Shown: positions 11,271 to 20,821 of the stretch, piece after piece
Numbering within the stretch: position 1 is the first letter of the stretch
Layout of the letters: every line of letters begins with the position of its first letter
NCBI GenBank assembly: GCA_904063045.1
Contig: CAJFCJ010000026.1
Coordinates: 164,964 to 228,963 of the forward strand
Source: Dimorphilus gyrociliatus
Taxonomy: Eukaryota > Animalia > Annelida
Length of the DNA: 64,000 nucleotides
Direction: 5' to 3'
Notes under the pieces: model-generated
What the model was told of the DNA's origin: nothing
Databases searched by the model: none
The model's input: the letters and a program-made list of their open reading frames with translations, nothing else
Program-made: the position numbers and the translations under genes

Positions 11271-12581
11271 TTATAATAAAGTTGGATCATAGTTAAACAA
11301 TTTATAGTCGTACTTAAACAATTCAATGATCATGTCAAGTAAATCTTTTGGTACTTTAGAGATTTCCTGATCTAATCGTTGATTTCTTCTTTGTCGTACG
11401 AAAGCATCAGCTTCAGACCCAAGGAATTGAAGTTCCTTGCGTACGACATTTAGAACCTCTGCGTCAATCTGAGGATAGAAAATTTTATTGAGATATGGTT
11501 CTAAATTGGGAGCCTGAGATGCAGAACCAAGTAATCCAATATTTTTTAAATACCGCCACCTGCCAGGCATAAAAATATCTAATTTATGACAAGCTATGGG
11601 AAAATGTTTTTTCCTGTGTGCAATATCAATGAAAGGTGGCTCCTCCATAATATTAGAAATATTATAAAGGGGAGCTTTATGTATATGCATGCCTGCTTCA
11701 ATTAAAAATTTCTTAGCATCAGATTCCATAGTTTCATACTTTCCAATGAAGTCGTATTGTGCTTTACAGGGGTTACATAAACGATATTGAGGTGTCCAAG
11801 CTGGATGATGTAAAGTGTCATTTCGAATTTCGTCTGCCACGAATCTTAAAAATTCTTCAAAAGTTATATCATGACCACATATTTTTGGATGCCAGTATTG
11901 ATGGTGTTTTCTATATTTAGCAACAATTTTCGTACCATAAGTTGCCATATAGTATGGGTTAGGATTTACAAATTTCGAATTATATGCAGACCAGAGCCTA
12001 GAAAGAGGCTCTCTAGAAAACATGACCTTTGTATAAGAGCACATTCTGGCGCGTTGTTGACCTCGTGTGTAATCACCAATAGCTTTATGGAAAGGTGGGA
12101 TGTCCTCATCATTGTCTAATTGTAAATGATGTCGATCACTTATAGTGGTTCTCGGCCAAAAGTCTTCCCAGAATCTTGTCGCTACCCTGGGTACATAGCA
12201 AAATACAATTCGCTGGTCGTCATAAACTTGCAGAAATGTGCTCTGTAGAGGGGGTTTCATATCTTTGGCATTTTGGCAAATATCTTTTATCTCCTCCATT
12301 CTAGGATTCTTGGTCACACCTCCACAAATTCCTATAACATATCGGTTCCGACAGTACAATTCATATCCCTTAGATGCAAAACATTTCCCCTTAAAATAAC
12401 ACATAACAGCGTCAGCCAAAATCAGGATGAATGCCGTCGTTAGAAAGAGTTTAATATACTTTTGAATTTTAGCTTTACGGCCTTTCCATTGCCTCCAAGC
12501 ACGATAAAATCGTTTGTTTTTCAAGAGAACAGATAGAATGCTTCTTTTCACAGTATTTAAAAAGACTATTTGGAAGAACAT
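11271..12581 (-). CDS. Golgi carbohydrate sulfotransferase (Sulfotransfer_2 / CHST8-14-like), type II membrane
   Basis: Single long ORF; TM YIKLFLTTAFILILADAVMCYF; 5'PSB-like FCYVPRVAT; 3'PB-like FSREPLSRLWSAY; LCNPCKAQYDFIGKYET; C-terminal FKYDYKLFNY. First Met after the splice acceptor at 12663-12665 is 12581 (start uncertain). Confidence 0.85.
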   Translation of the reverse strand: MFFQIVFLNTVKRSILSVLLKNKRFYRAWRQWKGRKAKIQKYIKLFLTTAFILILADAVMCYFKGKCFASKGYELYCRNRYVIGICGGVTKNPRMEEIKDICQNAKDMKPPLQSTFLQVYDDQRIVFCYVPRVATRFWEDFWPRTTISDRHHLQLDNDEDIPPFHKAIGDYTRGQQRARMCSYTKVMFSREPLSRLWSAYNSKFVNPNPYYMATYGTKIVAKYRKHHQYWHPKICGHDITFEEFLRFVADEIRNDTLHHPAWTPQYRLCNPCKAQYDFIGKYETMESDAKKFLIEAGMHIHKAPLYNISNIMEEPPFIDIAHRKKHFPIACHKLDIFMPGRWRYLKNIGLLGSASQAPNLEPYLNKIFYPQIDAEVLNVVRKELQFLGSEADAFVRQRRNQRLDQEISKVPKDLLDMIIELFKYDYKLFNYDPTLL

Positions 12582-13223
12582 GTCAACTAGAATACTTAAT
12601 ATAAGACCTAGAAGTCTACTAATAACACTCTCTCTCTCTTCCGAATCATTCGAGCTTCTCCTCTGTAAGTTGAAATACAAAAAATTCCTTGAATGCAATA
12701 TTTATAAGGGAAATATTAAGAAAAAATTCACTGACATCCATTACCTCTAACCTATCATTCATTTTATTCTTAGTATTAAAGCAAATGACAACTCATATTA
12801 CTTACCGAGTTGTGTTAAAGATGTTTTAGTACTCAAAATAATTTTTAGTCGTGAATTTCAGACTTTTACATTGCCACTTTAATACACCTAAATGGTCTAC
12901 GTTAGCAGTATTGATTCCGTATTGATCGTCAAGCCTCAACTTCAACAATGAGAACCGAATAAAAGAGATATTTCTTAAGTTTTAACAATAGAAATAATAA
13001 TGACAATATACTAATATTTTCAATTTGCATTTTACTACTTGTTTATTTTTTTTTTAAAGTACAAAATGCATGATAGAAAAAACTTTAGAGAAATACTGAA
13101 ATCAATGATCAATTTTGAAATTTTTACATGCATTTCTGAAATAAATATACAGAAAACGTTCTTTTTATCAAAAGAAACACGATATTAGACAGTTTTTTGT
13201 AAATATTTAAAACTACAGTTTTT

Positions 13224-14402
13224 TTATGGCAGGTATCCTAAACATTTTTCGAAATTTGTTTGGCTCGACGGTTTAATTGAATCATCGTTGACAATTAGGG
13301 CGGACATAGATTCCGTTATACCCATAGTGTTGGTTGTTTTCTTCTCTGTCGTTTGCATTTTTGGTAAGACCTTTACTCCAATACGGGGTGTGACCTTTGC
13401 TACTGGCTTATCTTTAGCATTATGAACTCGTATAGAGACAGGAGGGGGTGATGACTTAGGTATAGGTAAAGTTTTCTCATAGCCCGGCGATGAACTTCTA
13501 GGTTTGGGGTAGCTAGCTTTTTCTCTTTTGCGACGAATAGCTTCTTGGGCTGCCAATGTACTAATGAACACAGCTTGATCAGGAGTAGGTAAATTACAAT
13601 ATGTAGTATCTTCTTCATTGGCGTATTGGTCATCTTTAAATTCGAAAGCCTTTTGTTGAAATTCGATTTCATTTTTTTCGATGCGATTTGTATAGAAATC
13701 GTCTTCAATTGGATTGAAGACGTCTTGAGTTAATTTAATACAAGAAGTAGATAGCGAAGATTTCATTCGAACTGATCTTGCTCGTGGTGTTACAACAGCT
13801 GTAACACTCTTAACGCTTCCTGCAGCAGCCATATCGTCGTATGGATTGTAGGAAAAAACTCCTTTTTCCCTGTTATTTGATTGTCTGCTTAAATTCAGCT
13901 GATTTAACATATCATGTACTTCTTTTGCATCATTATCTGAACCACATATGAAAGCATGAACGTCTAACGATTTGATTCCCGCAGGGCGCCTAGCAACAAA
14001 GGCGAGAATAGCTGGATGGTTTGAAACTTTGGAGAACATTGTCACTTCCTTTTTGTCTATAACCGTAAAGAGATTATCTTTCATGTTGATATTTTGTTCA
14101 GTATCTAGTGGTTCAAAAGCTATTCTGGTCTTTTTTTTATCCTTCAACATGACAAATTGAACGACATCCCAAAGAATAATGTTATCCATATTAAAGTGAA
14201 TATCGTTCCCATTCTCAGACAAAGTCAAACCCATCTCAGAGAGAGAAAGAGTTTTCATATTGGGAATTTTTGATGCAGATTGCTTCTGAACATAAGTGGT
14301 GTATAACACTTTTAAAGGTTTTTGTAGAGCTCCCACTCCAGTTCCAATTCCAAGTGAAGAGGACGAACCCAAATAATCAACCTCGAACATAGCAGAATTC
14401 AT
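13224..14402 (-). CDS. PTB/PID-like domain protein with long low-complexity C-terminus
   Basis: FEVDYLGS start and FVARRPAGIKSLDVHAFICGSDNDAKEV end typical of the PTB fold. Start taken at the first Met after the acceptor at 14422-14424. Confidence 0.7.
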   Translation of the reverse strand: MNSAMFEVDYLGSSSSLGIGTGVGALQKPLKVLYTTYVQKQSASKIPNMKTLSLSEMGLTLSENGNDIHFNMDNIILWDVVQFVMLKDKKKTRIAFEPLDTEQNINMKDNLFTVIDKKEVTMFSKVSNHPAILAFVARRPAGIKSLDVHAFICGSDNDAKEVHDMLNQLNLSRQSNNREKGVFSYNPYDDMAAAGSVKSVTAVVTPRARSVRMKSSLSTSCIKLTQDVFNPIEDDFYTNRIEKNEIEFQQKAFEFKDDQYANEEDTTYCNLPTPDQAVFISTLAAQEAIRRKREKASYPKPRSSSPGYEKTLPIPKSSPPPVSIRVHNAKDKPVAKVTPRIGVKVLPKMQTTEKKTTNTMGITESMSALIVNDDSIKPSSQTNFEKCLGYLP

Positions 14403-14602
14403 TACGACTAAGTCATTCGTTCTGAAAAATAATTGATTATTATAATTAATCAATCTTTGCAAAAAAAAAAATCCCACCAACTCTCACCGTTTTCATATGA
14501 GAATATGCCTCTAACTGGCTCAACACGATTTGTAATACAAGTATGACTAAATTTAACCGAGTTCACGCATACCACGCACTCTGGCTACCATTGAAATCAC
14601 CC

Positions 14603-14610
14603 TCACGTGA
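14603..14610. promoter_or_regulatory. E-box TCACGTGA upstream of the PTB-domain gene
   Basis: Exact 8-bp palindrome about 200 bp upstream of the ATG; the same motif recurs at other promoters in the window. Confidence 0.4.
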
Positions 14611-15223
14611 TATCCTGCTTTTCTATAGCAAATATAAACCGCTGTGGTGCTCGTTCATTATCTAGTCCGTTATAACAGAAATCAATATTTATATTACAGC
14701 TTGACGCTTTCTCATTAATTATGAATTATAATCCTTATAGGCTAGTATACAGAAGCATCTGACCTCAAATATACAATTAGTATTGAAAAGAGACGTTGAA
14801 GAATAATTTAAGTCGTATTGATCGACAGAATCGATCAGAATGTATATTAGGAAAATTTATTTCTCATACAAACGAACCTGGTATTACTCTCAACCAAACA
14901 ATACAGCTATATTTAATATTGATTAATTGATTTTATATTGTAAAAATCATAGAAATTTCCCAACGAAGTAAATAGGTGCATTACTAATAAATAAATATTT
15001 CTTTAGAAAGTCTAAGTATGAGTAACAGAAAATTTATAATTTTTTCCGATTACTCCTACAAATAGAACAAGCTACGTAAAGCATAATTAGGAAGAAAATA
15101 AAGAGCAATATAGCCGCAACTTCGAGGAAGTTTCTTTTACTTTCCGGGAGAGTTAGATTTTGTATACTTCTTTGTCCTATTAAAGATTTGCGAAGAAAGA
15201 AAATATGAGAAGCATTCTTATCA

Positions 15224-18200
15224 TTAAATTGTTATTGTTTTAGTAATAATAAAACACAACCACTTACGAGCTCTTTTGGGAAATTTAATCATATTTAGAA
15301 ATGCTTTGGAATCAATTGAAAAATCTGAGCATTTAGAAAAGTTCAATGGTGGAATTGGAATTTCGTGTTTTTCCCCTATTTCAAAAATTATTGTTGAAAA
15401 TTTTGAATCCAATTTCCATATTCCCGGATTATCTGTAATGAAACTGAATCTTACAGATCCTCCATAAGGAACAATACAAGTATCCTTGAGTACGTTGTTA
15501 GGTTTTTTTTGGAATCTAAGAAAAAGATAATTTGTCATTTTTATTTTTGTAAATATTTTTGTAGATATAAATAGAATATGGAATTTATATTTCTTTTTTC
15601 TTTCTCTCTTTTTATGTAAGAACTAACATATTAGTATAGAAATGAATTACTAAATTATTATTATTATGAAATGGATTGCATTGTAGTTGTCCTGCATTCG
15701 TTCTCTGACCATTTAGCCTATAGAGGCATATCAAACAAGTTATTTAACCTTGGTATTTCAAAGTGTTTTATGTAAACACTTTGAAATCAATAAATACTAA
15801 TATTTTGGGACAAAGATACTTGAATTGGTTGTTAAATAACTAATTTGTTGAAATTTAATTAATTAAGAAAGAGAATTTAATTAATCTTTCATAAATAAAA
15901 GAAATTTTTCGGTATTTTCTATTTTAATAGTATTTTCATTGTATATAAGTTTTATAGCTCATAAAGTAAATAGATCATATAAAAGCAATGCTAAAGTTTT
16001 ATGCTTAAAAGAATTTGTTTGCTTTCCTTCTACGTAGATAGTACTGTTATGATTAAGGGAAGTTTTAATTTGTTCCTTACACACAGTATGCTAGAAATAA
16101 AGAAAATAAGTTCTTTCCTCTCACTTACTCATGAGTAATTTCATTTTCTTGAAAAACAGTTGAACGTTTCGTGTTGTTTATAATGAACCCATTCTCATAA
16201 ACAGGTCTAGATATTTTTAAAATTTCCATTTTATGTCCATGCAGATGTATAAAATTCCAGGCACTCGGTGAAGGCAAATTCTTCGAGGTTAAAAAGTAAT
16301 CTACATCAACGATTACTTCTTTTCTCAATTTGAGATGGAATCGTTTTATTTTCTTGCTTAATTGAGGCAAACTTATTGAAATAAAATCTTTAGATAAATT
16401 AACATTTTTCTCTTTTGATTTCTTAGTAATTAATGAAATAGATGTAATGTCTATACATTCCCAATACAACTCCTCAAAACAGTTTAGAAACGTACAGTTA
16501 TTTTTTCTGCAATTATACTCTACAGATAAAGGCTCTGGTAAGGATTCATAGGTATATTGTAATATGCCCTTAACTATTTCTTTATATTTATCATCGTATA
16601 CCCTTATCCAAAAATTAGACTCATTTCCGATATTTATAGTTCGTTCTACGATGAAATCGTATCTGAAAAACGCAATTTTCTCTCATAAAATATATTTTTT
16701 ATCTTTCAGAAGAAATCAAATATCAATAAATATTTTACAGACTATTACGTGAAAAGTTCTAGGGGAAAAAAATCATTATACTCTATGTATACTTTATACA
16801 GTGTTCTGCTCTGATTACATAAGAAATACTGTTCGGTGGTGGGGGATTGCTTTTTATCTTAAGTAATATGAGTTTTCTTTATAAAAAAACTAGATCAATA
16901 TATTTTTTAATTGAATGATTATTTTCTCTTTAATTGTTGTCGTTATTATTTATAGAATTTATAGAAAGCTTTGCTTTTCTCTCTAAATTTTAGCATAAGA
17001 AGTATTTTATTAAATATTTGGGATATTGTTTATAGTATTCTATATAGCGAACGAATGAGCTAGTGAAAAATATAAAATTTTATAGATCTATATAAATTTA
17101 TTAACTTTCCACAAAATATCTCTCATACCTTTCTCCAGGCCCTATAAAAATACCATTGACTTCAACTTCCTCAATATCAGCTCCATCTACCGCTTTTACC
17201 AATAGTATATGACCATCTATAGTGAAGAAAAAGCATTTTGAGAAAGCTGCATTAATCAATCTGAAGCGATAGAGATGAATAATACTCCTTTCCAAGTAAA
17301 ACGTCTCAAGAGCTAATGGAGAATCAACTTCCCTTCCTTTCCCGTTTATTGTTGCTGACCAATGATTCCAATCAGATATTTGAATTATAATATTCTTTTC
17401 TACGTTTGGATTCTTTTTTTCCAAGACGATTAGTGCTCCATATAGTCCATAGCTCGGCACTACGTATCAAGAGTTTTCACTTAACCTAATGAATATAAAA
17501 GATAAAGCGATAAAGCTTTCAAGCTATTGAACTGAATTAATTATGTTCAATTTGGCAAACTTTAAAATAACGAGATTAAATTTTCCAAGAATTTAGCTTA
17601 TAATGTTTTATAAGTAAATTTAATTCAACTAGTTATGTTTTAAAAATGCTTGATACGTAATTTTGAGTGAAGGTGAATCAACGTGCCAAAAATGCGTTCC
17701 TTTAGGACTTGCTATGAATCGATAGCTAAACTGTTGTTGAGGTAAAATAGGACAATGAGAAATTCTTGATGAACCATCCATAAAAGGCGTTCCTCTTTGG
17801 TAAATTCCATGCCAATGAATCGTAACGGCTGAGTCTATAAGTTGATTTCTAACTTTAACAACTATCTGCTGATCTTCGTAAACAATAATAGTTGGTCCTG
17901 GAATTTGACCATTAGCGACAAAAACCGTTTCCTGTTTTCCCACGCCAGTTATAAGATTAGATGGAGGTTCGAACTGCATAATAGTACAGTTTTTTAGCCT
18001 AGTTTCCCACCTTTTATTCTTGGTCAATCGAACAGGGTATAAACCAGATTCTTCCTGTAGAGATTCACTGAAAAAGATAAATTAGAAATACACCAAGTAG
18101 AAATGTGAAAAATGTAATTTCCTTAAGGAACTTTGTACTGTAAATAAAAAGAGCTCTAATCTAACATTAGTTAGTGTTAAAACACATCCAAGAAATAATT

Positions 18201-18515
18201 AAGTTATAAGACGAGAACAGCAAGAGTTATTATCTCATTTTTTGTTTTTCTTAGCAATCTTATTTAGCGAACGAGTTGATAAATTATAAACTTGCGTTTC
18301 AATGTCTTAGAATTTATAGGAAATAAACATTTAGGAAATACAAGAAAAACATAATTATTTACAAACCACATCATAGTATGATGCCGATTAACGGTAAAGT
18401 GAAAGGTGCATACAGACTTTTTAAAACGGCATTTTGGCTGATTCTGATAGCTAAATGCTAAAATTACATTAATTAAATAAATACTAATAAAATTAATAAT
18501 TAAAAAATGTTTCAT
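15224..18515 (-). CDS. Secreted laccase-like multicopper oxidase homologue lacking type-1 copper ligands (pseudoenzyme or pseudogene)
   Basis: Signal peptide MKHFLIINF...; exons approx 18515-18363, 18054-17657, 17452-17129, 16662-16129, 15515-15224; NGQIPGPTI, HWHG, GTHFWH, GLYGALIV, GERYDF, HLHGH, KDT..VP..G...F.TDNPGIW. The HCHxxxH motif is absent and the exon 2/3 junction is problematic. Confidence 0.8.
17461..17659. repeat. Perfect 11-bp inverted repeat (TACGTATCAAG ... CTTGATACGTA) bracketing oxidase intron 2
   Basis: 17461-17471 is the exact reverse complement of 17649-17659. Confidence 0.75.
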
Positions 18516-18926
18516 TGATGAAAAAAAGAACATTTAACGGACATTTATTTTAAAATAAATCATATTTTTTTATCTACAAAGTTTTTATACCCTATAAACA
18601 TGTGATCTCAGCATGAAAAATATATATAACATATCATTTTTCTTTTCAAATAGTATCTTTTTATACTTTTTATCATATTTCGAAGGATGGCAATTCATTT
18701 AGATTGGTCGTTAATTATATCTTAAGTTTCACTTGTAAAACAAATATAGTATATAAATATATATGCTATCATTTATGCGCGCGCGAATAAACTAAATTTC
18801 GTATAATGTTTCTTTCGTTTTACTTAAGGAAACCTAAGAATGATAAAAATTGATTCAATGAAATTCCATTCATTGTATACGATCTAAAAATTGCAAATAG
18901 AATTTTTCGTAGAAATTTACGATAAA

Positions 18927-18940
18927 CCAGCAGAGGGCAC
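18927..18940 (+). promoter_or_regulatory. CTCF-binding motif CCAGCAGAGGGCAC
   Basis: 14/14 match to CCASYAGRKGGCRS between the divergent oxidase and twitchin genes; a second 12/14 match lies on the minus strand at 19399-19412. Confidence 0.7.
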
Positions 18941-20060
18941 GTAGATATCTGTAATACATCCAGTATGTTTTTTCTTCTTTATTAAATTCTCGTACTCTTA
19001 TACGTATAGCTGAAATAATATAGGCAAGATATCTTAAAAAGCATTAAACATTCTATTATTTGCTATGCGTTCTCAACAGAACCATCTTGGTTATAAAATC
19101 TTCACTGTAATAGTGCAGTTATTTTTAGGTTCGACAGGAGAATATGTCAGACCTCTGCAATCCCTTATATTTACGTAATAACATTTGATTTCGATAATAT
19201 ATTATAAATAATTGCAGCCAGAAGAATAAATTGCTACACGTTTGAAAAAGCACTATTTATCTAATTTATTCACCGCTTAAGTGAACCACACACTAACAAA
19301 AAGAGATAAAGTTAAACGAAGATGAGAATTTTTTTCTACTTCACTTTGCTATTGACTTTACTCTTATAAAAAATGATCGGAATGAAAAGGTCATAGTAGA
19401 GCCACCTAGTGTTGTAGTAAAAAACTTCTAATGAATGAATCAAGCAACTGTTTGGCTCGTTAAAACATCAACTCAAGCTTCTTTTCTATTGTTAGCAAAC
19501 GGTGGAAAATTCAAATGCTGAGAAGATTAAGCGGTTTCAGAGGCGTGCAGACTTTATTTAATGCCATTTAATGCCGCAGCAGTCTAGACTTAGAGAGAAG
19601 AGGGTATTTGGATTAAAACATATTTCTTCTGCTCTTTGAAATTCTTTCATAAAAATATCATTTATCAGTCTGATGTTTTCATTATTAAAAATAAACTCTG
19701 TCAAAATCCAGATATACTTTTAAAAAAAAACCAAATTATAATAATAAACGCTAATAAATCAAAACCATGTAGTTTTCTTTCTGGAAAATCAAATTAAAAG
19801 GTCAAAAATAAAAATCTTCTTATATTTGGTAATATTGCAGTAGGATGTATAGGCCGGTCTAGATGTTTGCCCTATATACTAGGTACGTGCTGATATGCGA
19901 TATTTTTAGCTAACTGTATTTCTCTGCAGAACATTCACTATATGCTTTACTAGTGATTGAGCGCTTTGGTTAAAAAGTCTTTCTCTGCAGTTTCTTTTCG
20001 CATTTACGAATTTACGATTAGCCTCAAAGCTTGACGGCATCTAATTTGATATTATATACA

Positions 20061-20112
20061 TATATATATATATATATATAAAGAAATATATGCTTATATA
20101 TATATATATATA
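20061..20112. repeat. Two (TA)n microsatellite runs upstream of twitchin
   Basis: (TA)10 at 20061-20080 and (TA)9 at 20095-20112. Confidence 0.9.
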
Positions 20113-20821
20113 GCATACGGTGTATATGTGCGTGTATCTATATGACTATAGACTACTGTGCATTTATATATGGTAGTGGATAAATAATTGGTGCAATGTC
20201 AGATGGCCAGGGCCAGGTTAGTTCGTTATTGAATAACTCATTCCTATATAGAAGTACGATAGTATTCCTCATAATAAGCATTCCATCTCATGAAATGCCT
20301 GGAATATTTCATTGAGCGTAGTTTAACATAAACTGGCTTTCTTCGTTCCATTTTGTTTATATAACTATTTATATCTTTCCTCTGTACTTTTAACAACCAA
20401 GTGCGACCCTATTTATTTATTTAATGTATTATATAATAATTTTTTTAATTGATTTTAAATAGAAACGTACTATTAATAATAATTTAATCAGATATATAAA
20501 TATCTCTAATTATTATCGCTTTCTAATATGGTGAAACATCTGTGTATACAAAAAATTCATACATTCTGTAAATATTCTATATATTTATATATACTATCTA
20601 TATATAATCTGTGAGATCTAAATATACTAAATATATACACGCGTTAGGCGAGGATGGAGAGAATTTGTTGCGAAATTAATATTATAGGTAGGCGGCGCTA
20701 GAACTCATGTAGCTATAATTTGCCGCTATGCGACCTGAAAAAAAGAGTATGCCCTTCTTTCTGCAGATAGAGAAACGATAAGAAAGATCGTGTGAGATAT
20801 TTCTCCATCTTTAATAGACGT

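Noticed and set aside
17467-17469. In-frame TGA in the oxidase as possible selenocysteine or readthrough
   Set aside because: Not at a conserved Cys, no SECIS recognised, and it may simply be intronic.
19518-19575. Short ORF MLRRLSGFRGVQTLFNAI resembling a transit peptide
   Set aside because: Stops after 18 codons; no compatible splice into a downstream gene.
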